From assembly GCA_038247415.1 (NCBI GenBank), contig JBBRUX010000005.1, forward strand, positions 1-64,000: a DNA stretch of 64,000 nt, given 5' to 3'. Shown piece by piece: positions 39,171 through 49,002 of the stretch (positions are counted from its first letter, which is position 1; each line of letters begins with the position of its first letter). Below the pieces are notes generated by a model that had not been told where the DNA came from, searched no databases, and saw only the letters and a program-made list of their open reading frames with translations. Made by a program: the position numbers and the translations under genes. Source of the stretch: Chitinivibrionales bacterium. Its GTDB lineage: Bacteria; Fibrobacterota; Chitinivibrionia; Chitinivibrionales; WJKA01.

Positions 39171-39908
39171 ATGAGATATTTTTTCCGCGCAGAATTTGAT
39201 GGTACCGACTACTGCGGCTGGCAGAAACAGCCCAATTGCAGATCGGTTCAAACTGAGATAGAAAAAGCTCTCTCTATTCTCTTGCGTACCCCCATTGAAG
39301 TTATTGGAGCCGGTAGAACCGATGCGGGAGTCCATGCGCGAGGCATGGGAGTGCATTTTGATACTCCCAATAAACTCAATATACATTCGGTACTTCATTC
39401 TCTTAATGGGCTTTTGCCCTACGATATTAGTGTGTATGAAATGCACCTAGTAACAGACACTTTTCATGCCCGATTTTCGGCACTTGTGCGAGAATATTCG
39501 TACACCATGGTGCTGCGAAAAACACCTTTAAGTAAACTTCGTGCCTGGGAAATACGCTCGATAGTTGATTGGGACTTGGTTACCCAGAATGCGCGCGATA
39601 TTTGCGGCACACACGATTTTTCTACCTTCTGCTGCGCCGACACAGCAACCATTAATAAAACATGCACCGTTTTTAAGGCCGATATTGCACGCTCCGATTC
39701 GAACATTGTATTTTCTATAGCTGCCGATCGGTTTATTTACAGAATGGTTAGATCGCTCACCGGGACCCTCATAGACATTGGTCGTGGTAAAATAAAAGCT
39801 TCTATGAAAGATCTTATAGCATCGTGCGATCGATTATGCGCAGGAACCACAGCACCGGCAGCGGGGCTTGTTCTTGAAACCGTTGAGTATCCAAAGGATT
39901 CCCTATGA
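39171..39908 (+). CDS. truA: tRNA pseudouridine(38-40) synthase
   Basis: FDGTDYCGWQKQ, AGRTDAGVHA, FHARFSA, GTHDFS, MVR, TAPAAGL. Confidence 0.95.
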   Translation: MRYFFRAEFDGTDYCGWQKQPNCRSVQTEIEKALSILLRTPIEVIGAGRTDAGVHARGMGVHFDTPNKLNIHSVLHSLNGLLPYDISVYEMHLVTDTFHARFSALVREYSYTMVLRKTPLSKLRAWEIRSIVDWDLVTQNARDICGTHDFSTFCCADTATINKTCTVFKADIARSDSNIVFSIAADRFIYRMVRSLTGTLIDIGRGKIKASMKDLIASCDRLCAGTTAPAAGLVLETVEYPKDSL

Positions 39909-41116
39909 AACAACCTTCGCAACGCACAGGAACCTACCTCATATTCTTAACAATAGGAATAATTTGCGGGGCTATTGGAGGCGGAGAAATCATACGTCGT
40001 ATTCTGACAACTAATGTAAATATTGCCCAGCAGCCACAGCCTATTGCTACCAATAAGCCCGACACCACGACTCTTATAGCACCCACACTCTCATCGGTTC
40101 GAAAAACCGCAATTGTAGATGCAACAACGATTATCGCGCCTACCGTTGTTGGTATTGTAGTAACGCAACTGCAAGAAGTGCGCTCGTCTGCTAACACGGG
40201 CGATTTTTTTGATTTGTATTTTGCACCAGAAATGGTTCCCCGCTACCGTGAAGTAGAAAATATGGGCTCGGGATTTGTTCTTTCTGCCAATGGGATGATC
40301 GTTACCAATTATCATGTTGTAGAGAGCGCCCAAAAACTCTATGTCAACTTTCCCGATGGTCGCGAACTCGAAGGAAAGGTTTTTGCCTTGGATCCACAGT
40401 CGGATATAGCCCTGATAAAAGTTTCTGCTCAAAACCTTTCTTGTGCAAAACTGGGAAATTCGGATAGTTTACTTGCGGGCGAATGGGCCATTGCATTTGG
40501 TAATCCGTTTGGCTATTTCATAAACGATGCACATCCCACAGTTACCGTTGGCGTAATATCTGCGCTTAATCGCAATTTTAGTGCCACCGAAGGTTCCCTG
40601 TACCGAGGAATGATCCAAACCGATGCGGCCATCAACCCAGGCAATTCGGGAGGCCCGCTTGTGAACGCTCTTGGGGAGGTTATTGGTATCAATACGTTTA
40701 TCTATACCGGAAGCAAAACAAATAAAGGTTCAATTGGAATTGGTTTTGCTATTCCCATCAATCGTGTTCGTCGTGTAGTAGACGAGCTGCTCACGTATCA
40801 CACTCGACGACCCGTTTGGACTGGTATTGCCGTTCAGGACATTACCCATGAAATTGCTGCAGCGCTCAATCTTTCACGCATTACCGGGGTAATTGTCACC
40901 AACATACTTGCAGCAAGCCCCGGAGAAAAAAGCGGATTACGTCCCGGCGATGTTATAACGTCACTTGGACAGCATCGTATCAATTCCTCCAGCGATATCG
41001 AAGGATTTTTTCTCGACTATTTTGCAGGCGACCAGATACGCATTGGGTATATGAGGAATGGTAAAGTGGGTTTCGCAACACTTACGCTTGCAGCACCAAA
41101 AACTACGCTTCAATAA
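39905..41116 (+). CDS. HtrA/DegP-like serine protease with one PDZ domain
   Basis: GSGFV, TNYHVV, DIALIK, IQTDAAINPGNSGGPL; PDZ SPGEKSGLRPGDVI. Confidence 0.92.
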   Translation: MKQPSQRTGTYLIFLTIGIICGAIGGGEIIRRILTTNVNIAQQPQPIATNKPDTTTLIAPTLSSVRKTAIVDATTIIAPTVVGIVVTQLQEVRSSANTGDFFDLYFAPEMVPRYREVENMGSGFVLSANGMIVTNYHVVESAQKLYVNFPDGRELEGKVFALDPQSDIALIKVSAQNLSCAKLGNSDSLLAGEWAIAFGNPFGYFINDAHPTVTVGVISALNRNFSATEGSLYRGMIQTDAAINPGNSGGPLVNALGEVIGINTFIYTGSKTNKGSIGIGFAIPINRVRRVVDELLTYHTRRPVWTGIAVQDITHEIAAALNLSRITGVIVTNILAASPGEKSGLRPGDVITSLGQHRINSSSDIEGFFLDYFAGDQIRIGYMRNGKVGFATLTLAAPKTTLQ

Positions 41117-41184
41117 AAACGGCAAAGTGTATATTTTATTACATGTAAAATTACTATTTCACACGTGCAGAAAGGGGCCGCCTG

Positions 41185-41478
41185 ATGGCAGTTGCTCTTA
41201 AGGAAAAAAATATTGCCACGATGATTCTTGTAGTCGTCGTTGGTATTCTCATCGGATCATACCTCAACTACCTGATTATCGCCCTCATCCCGGGAAGCAA
41301 CAACGTTGTTAAAAATTTCTTCTCATTTTATTTCATCAATTTGAATCTCGGTTTTCCAAATCCATGGCTTATCGATCTTAATGCAATCAAATTTCAGCTT
41401 GGAATGCAAATGAAGTTTAGCGTACTCTCCATTATTGGTGTATTTCTGAGTCTCTATTTTTTCCGCTGGTATAAATAA
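41185..41478 (+). CDS. Small membrane protein (DUF4321-like)
   Basis: GILIGS...IDLNAIKFQLG..KFSVLSIIG pattern. Confidence 0.65.
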   Translation: MAVALKEKNIATMILVVVVGILIGSYLNYLIIALIPGSNNVVKNFFSFYFINLNLGFPNPWLIDLNAIKFQLGMQMKFSVLSIIGVFLSLYFFRWYK

Positions 41479-41524
41479 GTAATACTCATCAGGCTCATTT
41501 TTTTTATAGTGCAGAAAGATTTTC

Positions 41525-42958
41525 ATGGATTTTTTACCAACTACCCTATCAGCAATCTCTGCATCGCTTTTGCAGGGAGAAACAACATGCGTTTCTCTTG
41601 TTGAACACTCCTTATCTGCCATAGCTGCTTCACACAATGAAATCAATGCATTTATTACGACACAGAGCGATGCTGCATTAGCACGCGCCAAGCAACTAGA
41701 CTCTCTGTCAACCACAGAAAAACAGAGTTTACCTCTTTTTGGCGTTCCGGTTGCTGTAAAAGACAATATTTGTACAAAAGGGTTAAAAACAACCTGTGGC
41801 TCAAAAATGTTAGCAAACTTTATTCCTCCCTACAATGCAACGGTTGTAGAGGCCCTCGAAAAAGCCGGGGCGATTATTGTTGGCAAAACTAACCTCGATG
41901 AATTTGCTATGGGATCAACTACCGAGAGCTCATTTTTTGGAGCTACAAAAAACCCCCTCGACACAACAAGAATTCCCGGCGGAAGTTCTGGCGGTTCGGC
42001 CGCTGCAGTTGCCGCACATACTGTTCCACTGTCGCTGGGTTCCGACACAGGCGGTTCCATTCGTCAACCGAGCAGCCATTGCGGTATAGCGGGTCTTAAA
42101 CCTACCTATGGTCGAGTATCGCGCTATGGTTTGGTTGCATTTGCATCATCACTGGATCAGATTGGGCCCATGGCACACGACGTTGTCGACTTGGGAACCG
42201 CACTTTCGGTGATATCGGAAGCCGATACACGCGATTCAACACATGCGCGCAAGCAATTTTCTATCGCGCCCGAATCGTACACGCAAAAACTTAACACCAT
42301 GGTAGTGGGCATTCCTCAAGAATATTTTGCAGAAGGTTTAAGCGAAACCGTGCGTACTGCTGTAAACAATACCATAGAAGCGCTTAAGGTCAATGGTATT
42401 AGTTTTATTCCAATTTCGCTTCCCAATCTTTCGTATGCTGTTGCAACATACTATATCATTTGTACAGCAGAAGCGTCCTCAAATCTCTCCCGTTACGATG
42501 GCGTCAAGTATGGACTGCGCGCATCGGGGGCAACAAGTCTTCAGCAGATGTATACAAAAACACGTGCAGAAGGGTTTGGCGCAGAAGTAAAACGACGCAT
42601 TATGCTTGGAACCTATGTTCTTTCTGCTGGATACTACGATGCGTATTATCTTAAAGCCGCACGGGTACGTACGCTTATAGCAAACGATTTTAACGAAGCT
42701 TTTAAACAATGTCAGGCTATTGTTGCACCAACAGCACCCAGCGCAGCATTTAAATTTGGCGAAAAAGAAAACGATCCACTCGCATTATACCTGGCTGATA
42801 TTTATACTGTATCTGCAAACTTATCCGGAATACCTGCCATCACGGTACCCATTAAAAACGCATCTTCTCCAATTGGAATTCAATTTATGGCACCTCGTTG
42901 GAACGAAGAAACTCTCTTGCGTTTAGGATATGCAGTTCAAAACATCCCCAGGATTTAA
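41525..42958 (+). CDS. gatA: Asp/Glu-tRNA amidotransferase subunit A
   Basis: VKDNI, GKTNLDEFAMGSTTE, PGGSSGGS, GSDTGGSIRQP, NLSRYDG, EVKRRIMLGT. Confidence 0.96.
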   Translation: MDFLPTTLSAISASLLQGETTCVSLVEHSLSAIAASHNEINAFITTQSDAALARAKQLDSLSTTEKQSLPLFGVPVAVKDNICTKGLKTTCGSKMLANFIPPYNATVVEALEKAGAIIVGKTNLDEFAMGSTTESSFFGATKNPLDTTRIPGGSSGGSAAAVAAHTVPLSLGSDTGGSIRQPSSHCGIAGLKPTYGRVSRYGLVAFASSLDQIGPMAHDVVDLGTALSVISEADTRDSTHARKQFSIAPESYTQKLNTMVVGIPQEYFAEGLSETVRTAVNNTIEALKVNGISFIPISLPNLSYAVATYYIICTAEASSNLSRYDGVKYGLRASGATSLQQMYTKTRAEGFGAEVKRRIMLGTYVLSAGYYDAYYLKAARVRTLIANDFNEAFKQCQAIVAPTAPSAAFKFGEKENDPLALYLADIYTVSANLSGIPAITVPIKNASSPIGIQFMAPRWNEETLLRLGYAVQNIPRI

Positions 42959-42961
42959 GCA

Positions 42962-43573
42962 TTGGAACTTTTTCCTCACCATGGAGTAACCCGTTTAAAA
43001 GCAATTGTGCACCATTATAGGGTTTTATGGCTCGTGTATGTATCGATGGTACTTGCAGTGCTCGGAGGATGTTCGCCCCAGCTTCGGTATACAGCTAGCG
43101 CGGGGTCAACAACACAACAACAGACATCTTCATGGGATCAAAACAAGACTATCGAACCCGATTTCAGCCTGGCACTAGAGCCTGATACAAAAATTGTAAG
43201 CACCGACGAAAATCGATTGCGTCGAATTATCGGTTCGTATGTTGGTGTGCCTTATAAATCGGGGGGGCTATCACGTAAAGGGCTCGATTGTTCTGGGTAT
43301 GTAACTTTGGTGTATCGCGATTATAACAACTTAAAATTACCCCGCAATAGTGCTGCAATGTATACAATTGGGAATAAAATCAAGACGCGCGATCTGCAAT
43401 GCGGAGATCTGGTTTTTTTTAAGGGTGTTTTTTTTGGCTCCATCAATCATGTCGGAATGTATGTTGGAGATGGATGGTTTGCACATGCAAGCACGAGTAG
43501 TGGTGTAATGTATAGTGCTATAGCAGAAGACTATTACCGCAAACGATTTGTTGGAGCAAGGAGAGTTTTATGA
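42962..43573 (+). CDS. NlpC/P60 (C40) lipoprotein peptidase
   Basis: Lipobox LGGC; GVPYKSGG..GLDCSG, GDLVFF, HVGMY, FAHAS; start uncertain. Confidence 0.88.
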   Translation: MELFPHHGVTRLKAIVHHYRVLWLVYVSMVLAVLGGCSPQLRYTASAGSTTQQQTSSWDQNKTIEPDFSLALEPDTKIVSTDENRLRRIIGSYVGVPYKSGGLSRKGLDCSGYVTLVYRDYNNLKLPRNSAAMYTIGNKIKTRDLQCGDLVFFKGVFFGSINHVGMYVGDGWFAHASTSSGVMYSAIAEDYYRKRFVGARRVL

Positions 43574-44436
43574 TTTCGGTGGCATTTCTAGGCGAACGTG
43601 GCTCCTTTTCCGAACTCGCTGCACGCGAATTTTTTGGAACTTCAATACAGTGTGTATCATCTGAAGATTTTGACAGTGTTTTTTACCACGTCATGAGTGG
43701 CGAATGCAACTATGGCATTATCCCCATAGAGAATTCGATGGCAGGAAGCATTCATCAAAACTTCGATTTACTGCTAGAACACGAATGCGTTATCGTTGGT
43801 GAAATTTACATTCATATCGAACACTTTCTCATTGCTAATCAAGGTGTGGCCAAAAGAGCCATTAAAAAAATTCTCTCTCATCCTCAGCCACTTAGTCAAT
43901 GCCGATCGTTTATTACTAAAATGACTAATATCGAAACCATCGCAACTTCCAGTACCTCCGAAGCAGTACGATTAGTAAAGACTGGCAATTTAAAAGATGC
44001 TGCTGCAATTGGCTCTATGCAATCGGCACTCGATTATAACATGAAAGTTCTTGCAAAAAATGTGGAGGATAGCGAATACAATCTTACTCGTTTTCTTATT
44101 GTTGCAAAAAATTCGATTACTAAAAAGCAAACCAATAAGTCAGAAAAAACAATTAAAACATCCATTGTCTTTTGTACAAAAAACATTCCGGGCGTATTAT
44201 TTAAAGCACTATCTGCATTTTCGTTGCGTGACATCAACCTCTCAAAAATTGAATCGCGCCCTTTACGAGGAAAGCATTTCGAATATATCTTTTACCTCGA
44301 TTTTCAAGGGTGCACAAAAGATCCCGTTGTACAAAAAGCACTTTTGCATTTACAAGAAATTACAACCTTTTATAGACTACTGGGTTCCTATTCTGTTGGC
44401 GAAATTGTTCGTCCAGCATTCCAAAAACGCGCTTGA
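43570..44436 (+). CDS. pheA: Prephenate dehydratase
   Basis: FLGERGSFSE, PIENS, SHPQPLSQC, NLTRF, KIESRP ACT domain. Confidence 0.93.
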   Translation: MISVAFLGERGSFSELAAREFFGTSIQCVSSEDFDSVFYHVMSGECNYGIIPIENSMAGSIHQNFDLLLEHECVIVGEIYIHIEHFLIANQGVAKRAIKKILSHPQPLSQCRSFITKMTNIETIATSSTSEAVRLVKTGNLKDAAAIGSMQSALDYNMKVLAKNVEDSEYNLTRFLIVAKNSITKKQTNKSEKTIKTSIVFCTKNIPGVLFKALSAFSLRDINLSKIESRPLRGKHFEYIFYLDFQGCTKDPVVQKALLHLQEITTFYRLLGSYSVGEIVRPAFQKRA

Positions 44437-44467
44437 TTCACTTAACTCTTAAAGGTATCTTTTTTGT

Positions 44468-45670
44468 ATGACTAATTTTTCATCAATGGCCAAAGCACTT
44501 CGTTCATCAGAAATTCGTCGGCTAATGAGCCTTGCGGCAGACCCCTCAATTATTTCGTTTGCAGGTGGAATGCCAAACAATTCGCTTTTCCCCATCGATA
44601 TTGTTGATAAAATTTGGCTCAACCTACCCGAATCTCAAAAGCAAATTGCCTTTCAATATGGACCAACTTCGGGCTATCCCCCACTCCTTGCAGCACTTAC
44701 TAACTACTTGCAATCGCGAGGAATTCCAACAACCGACGGTTCTCTCATCATTACAACCGGTGCGCAACAAGCAATAAGTCTTCTATCGCGTGTCATGCTT
44801 GACGAAGGTGATCATGTCGTTACCGAATACCCAAGTTTTATTGGCGCGCTTGCTGCATTTTCTTCCTGCGGGGCAATTCTCGATCAGATTCCCCTCGACG
44901 AAGAAGGCATTGAAGTTGAAGCCCTCAAGAAACACCTCGATGCTGCTAATCATATGCCTAAAATGATTTACCTCAATACACACTTTCACAATCCCAAAGG
45001 GATAACATACTCTGCAGCGCGTAAAGAAGAAGTTCTTTCCCTTCTGGAGAATCGCTCTATTCTCGTTCTGGAAGACGACCCTTATAGCGAACTTTATTTT
45101 AATGAAAAAGATAAAGTTGCAACAATCCCCATGGCCGCCACAAACGACGGCAGAACACCATTGTGCTATGTGGGATCATTTGCCAAAATACTCGGGCCTG
45201 GTATGCGTTTAGGATGGCTCTTTGGACCTAAAGAAATAGTTGAAAAATGCGAACTCGCAAAGCAATCTGCTGACGCATGTTCCTCAACGCTCACACAAGT
45301 TATTGCTGCCGAGTTTCTCATGCAAGGTAAACTTCCTCCCTACCTTTCTCCCTTGCGTAAAATCTATTCTCGCCGGGCTCAACTTATGTTGACAGCTTTA
45401 AGCAAACATATGCCCAAGGAAGTTTCCTGGACAACCCCGCGGGGCGGTTTTTATGTTTGGGCAACCCTGCCAGAACACATCAACGCCACCGATGTCTTTA
45501 CTATTGCATTATCCCGTGGTGCAGCATTTGTTGTTGGTAGTGCCTTCGACCCCGCTGGAATTCGCAATAATTGCTTCAGGCTAGCATTCTCTCATACTGC
45601 AGAAGAAAAAATAGAAAAAGGGATTGCAATAATTGCAGAGGCTGTTAAAGAGGTTTTGGCAAAACTGTGA
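44468..45670 (+). CDS. PLP-dependent class I aminotransferase (LysN/aromatic type)
   Basis: SSEIRRL, ISFAGGMP, QYGPTSG, HNPKG, EDDPY, SFAKILGPGMRLGW. Confidence 0.9.
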   Translation: MTNFSSMAKALRSSEIRRLMSLAADPSIISFAGGMPNNSLFPIDIVDKIWLNLPESQKQIAFQYGPTSGYPPLLAALTNYLQSRGIPTTDGSLIITTGAQQAISLLSRVMLDEGDHVVTEYPSFIGALAAFSSCGAILDQIPLDEEGIEVEALKKHLDAANHMPKMIYLNTHFHNPKGITYSAARKEEVLSLLENRSILVLEDDPYSELYFNEKDKVATIPMAATNDGRTPLCYVGSFAKILGPGMRLGWLFGPKEIVEKCELAKQSADACSSTLTQVIAAEFLMQGKLPPYLSPLRKIYSRRAQLMLTALSKHMPKEVSWTTPRGGFYVWATLPEHINATDVFTIALSRGAAFVVGSAFDPAGIRNNCFRLAFSHTAEEKIEKGIAIIAEAVKEVLAKL

Positions 45671-45940
45671 AATCTGTTGTAGGCTGATTTTGATTTATTC
45701 AGATTAGTGGGTTTACCGGAAAAATATTCTTGGGGATTTTCATCGTGGCGTGCCTTATACTTCTTGTAAATCTTTTTTAATTCGTAGCCATTTTGTTCCC
45801 CAATTTCTTTTCTGGCTTTCCAAATTTCTGCGCTATGGGAGCGCATTTTTTTGCGCGAACAAGCATTGAAACACTAAAGGCCGCACCAACACATGGTAAC
45901 GGCCTTTGTTAACTTATATACTTCCCAAACTTACAATCGA

Positions 45941-46709
45941 TTATTTATACTCCGTATCGCAATTTTGGCGAAATTGCTTTCTGATTTGTCCAAAAAGAGC
46001 GGTTTGCGCAGAAATAAGAAGCTTTGGCCAATGCTTGTCTGCTATGACACTCATTGACATAGAAGCTTTTCCAGGTGATTGTGCTTTAATGACATCCCGA
46101 ATAATAAATCCAGTTCCTTTTTGATATCAATTCAGTTTTCAAATAAGATTCATATAACCGTTACCAAAACCGGCTGCTGCATTAAAGCCTCTATAATTTG
46201 AGCTCATTACACCAAGCATGATCGTGTGGACATTGAGGGCTGCACACAGTGAATCGAGCAGGCTCATTGGCTCATCCTGAACATAATTAAGACTATCTGC
46301 ACAGAGTTGATCAGCACCTATGCCTACGGTTTTGCCAAGTATCTTTTTGAAATTGGGCTTTGTTAAGGCTTTATACTTTTCGTTTGAAGTAACTTTGTCC
46401 ATGGGAAGAAATTCAACCCCCGGTAAACACAGCAGTTGAGCTATCGAGAAATTCTTTCCAGAGAACATTGAGACATGCCTTATACGGTGCATAGTATTTC
46501 TCTTCAGATTGCATGACCCTAGGCCCGTTGCTTGGAGGGTCGCCATCTAATACAATGGATTTATTAAGCGAATAACTGACAATTGCAATGGGGCCCTTTC
46601 CTTTAAGCAAAGTCCAGGTTGCGCAAAAAGAGAGCGATGGAAGAGCTACTGTGGCAGCAAAAACAACCATTGTCGCTTTTTTAAGAAAGCGTAAATTTGA
46701 GAGTTTCAT
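45941..46709 (-). pseudogene. Disrupted gene for a secreted hypothetical protein
   Basis: Signal-peptide ORF 46709-46413 shifts frame at a G5 run (FTG/VEFLPMDK) into the 46139 ORF; that frame resumes past two TGA codons (YQKGTGFIIRDVIKAQ...) to a TAA at 45941. Confidence 0.6.
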
Positions 46710-46858
46710 GCATGCTATCCTTCGTTATTGTTGATAAGAAGCATGCATTTATAATCGTTGACTAAAACAGCTCGTCGAGGCCATAAAACAATACTATTCC
46801 CCACTGGATTTCATTGCTAGCACTAACGAAGTGACAAATTGGCGAATAGTTAACAATT

Positions 46859-47890
46859 GTCGAGTAGACACGGGTATTTCAACCCAAGCCTCTCACGGAA
46901 CCGTGCTTGAAAGTCTCCCTTCACACGGCTCTTTTTGACAGACGCAACCTAATAATTAAAACCATACTCCCAATATGGAAACATCTTCGGTTCACTCTCA
47001 ATCACCCGTTTGAGCCAGCCGTAGGCTTTTCCGTAAGTATTCGTTTTGTACTTCTTCCGAGCCCATTTGACAAGATAGGTGTTTAGTCGCCAGAAAACAT
47101 TCCGCAATACTGACGGACTGTATTTCCCATAGTAGTGCAACCAGCTCCTGATCTTGGGTGATAATTCCTTCGATACATCCTTGAGGTCAATTGGCACCCA
47201 ATTCCATATCGAAAGTCTTCTCAATTAATCAAGTATCCGTTTCTGGTTCTTTCTACTTATTGCAGGGAAATATGACCAAAACAACTCGCCACCTTGCTTT
47301 TTGTAAAGCCTCGGCTTGAAGGTATACCCCAGAAAATCAAACTGCCTTGCTACCTCTTTAGGTTCTTTTTGTGACCGTATCGAACAATGACAATACACCA
47401 TCTTTGTCTTCTCTCCATTCAGCTCCAAACCGTACCCTTGCAAGTGCGTCCGTAACCGATCAAGAATAAACTCTGATTGCTCCCAACTTCGTGTATGTAT
47501 CACTATGCCATCTGCATAGCGCTCAAACACTATTCGGGGCTGTGTACTTTGAATCCACAAGTCAAATGCTTCGTGAAGGAACAGATTTGCCAACAGCGGA
47601 ATTAAAACTCCACCTTGCGGGGTACCCTTGTCCGTTTGCGCTGAGAGTCCATCAATTCCAACTCTCTTCCCGCCTCGCTTGACAAGAAACCATGCTTCCC
47701 ATACTTGTCGTTTTGTTATACTTTGCGTCTTTGCCGCTGGTTTCGTCTCTATGCCGTGTACCAATGTGACCAAAACTCAGGTTACTGTCACACTTATCCC
47801 CAAACAGATTAAGAAGTCTGGGTTTCTGATACTGTGAAATTGATTTCGACACCTCGTAAACGGTTTAATTTATTGGTTCTTCAGACATTT
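46859..47890 (-). mobile_element. Degraded group II intron (bacterial class D/RmInt1-like)
   Basis: Domain V GAGCCGTGTGAAGGGAGACTTTCAAGCACGGTTC, domain VI ending CTACTCGAC at 46859, domain I remnants near 47760-47890; no 5' GUGYG end found. Confidence 0.85.
46949..47750 (-). pseudogene. ltrA: Group II intron reverse transcriptase/maturase pseudogene
   Basis: ITKRQVWEAW..VK..GIDG joined directly to KGTPQGGV..PLLANLFLH; FERYADG (YADD mutated); FDFLGYTF; in-frame TAA at 47225; domain X LSPKIRSWLHYYG. Confidence 0.88.
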
Positions 47891-47928
47891 TCGGGTGATT
47901 TCTTGTTGAATAAATTATACTTTATTCT

Positions 47929-48140
47929 ATAGAAAGACACAAAACTTTATGAAGCAGCCTTAGGCCTTGAGCATCCATGACACGTGACGTCGGTAAACTT
48001 TCAGCCAGAGGCTAGAGTTGTAGCCGTACATGTTGGGACAACAGACCTGCTTTGGGCTTGTCCTGATTGCAAGAAGCGGATGCATGGACATGTGGAAGCC
48101 CTATATGAATTCGATAGCAGCCAATGTGCCGGATAGTAAC
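47929..48140 (+). pseudogene. ISL3-family transposase remnant
   Basis: KDTKLYEAALGLEHP*HVTSV...WACPDCKKRMH joined out of frame to MDMWKPYMNSIAANVP; TGA at the expected Trp. Confidence 0.75.
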
Positions 48141-48151
48141 AAAATGCTTAT

Positions 48152-48225
48152 TAGATATTTTTTTATCTAATCTATTGACTCAACTATTTTTAATGAGTAT
48201 ATTATTATCGATAAGAAATTATCTA
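48152..48225 (+). promoter_or_regulatory. Sigma70 promoter of rex-adhE flanked by two putative Rex operators
   Basis: TTGACT (48175)-17 bp-TATATT (48198); 18-bp palindromes TAGATATTTTTTTATCTA (48152-48169) and TCGATAAGAAATTATCTA (48208-48225). Confidence 0.7.
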
Positions 48226-48245
48226 TTAACTTCAAGGAAGCGCAA

Positions 48246-48902
48246 ATGGCCACAAATTTTACTTTTCGGGCTACTCCCCAGCCAACTATTAAAAGAATCC
48301 CCGCTTACCTAGCAATCCTTAAAGAACTGGAACTAGCTGGTCAAATCACCGTTTCTACTACTGATATTGCAGATAGATTAGCCTTGAATCCTATTCAAGT
48401 CCGAAAAGATCTTTCGATAACAGGCATTACGGGTAGACCAAAAATTGGGTACATCACCACAGAACTCATTGCGGGGATTTACAATTTTTTAGGATGGCAC
48501 AATACCAAAGACGCAGTTCTTGTTGGTGCTGGAGCGCTTGGATCAGCTCTTTTAGGATACAAGGGGTTTGCTGGATACGGATTGCGCATTACCGCGACAT
48601 TTGATTCGTCTAAAAAGCTTATAGGCAAAACAATTCATGGCCGAGTTGTTGCACCTATCAACGAGCTTGAAGATTTCATACGCCAAAGCGCTATACGGAT
48701 AGGAATCATTACTGTTCCTGCCGAAGCTGCTCAGGATATTGCTTATCAATGTGTGAGAGCAGGCATTAGAGGGATCTGGAATTTCTCTCCTGTAAAACTT
48801 GCAGTGCCACATCAGGTTGTGGTACAAAACGAAGATCTCTCGAGTGGTCTTGCACTCCTTTCAGTAAAGATTTCCGAAAAGCTTTCAGCAGACTCTAGGT
48901 AG
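48246..48902 (+). CDS. rex: Redox-sensing transcriptional repressor Rex
   Basis: PTIKRIPAYL, QVRKDLS, G.PKIGY, VGAGALGSALLGY, GIRGIWNFSP. Confidence 0.95.
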   Translation: MATNFTFRATPQPTIKRIPAYLAILKELELAGQITVSTTDIADRLALNPIQVRKDLSITGITGRPKIGYITTELIAGIYNFLGWHNTKDAVLVGAGALGSALLGYKGFAGYGLRITATFDSSKKLIGKTIHGRVVAPINELEDFIRQSAIRIGIITVPAEAAQDIAYQCVRAGIRGIWNFSPVKLAVPHQVVVQNEDLSSGLALLSVKISEKLSADSR

Positions 48903-49002
48903 CCTGGATCCTAGACTCTTCACGAAGGCAACGGATACCAGGCAGATTGGTTCTCTCACGGTTTTTTTGTATAAACCATTTCATGAAATAAAGGAGTCTT
49001 AT

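Noticed and set aside
45592..45846. 84-aa minus-strand ORF resembling small proteins found beside PIN toxins
   Set aside because: It overlaps the aminotransferase 3' end, has no clear RBS and no partner toxin gene; at most a remnant.
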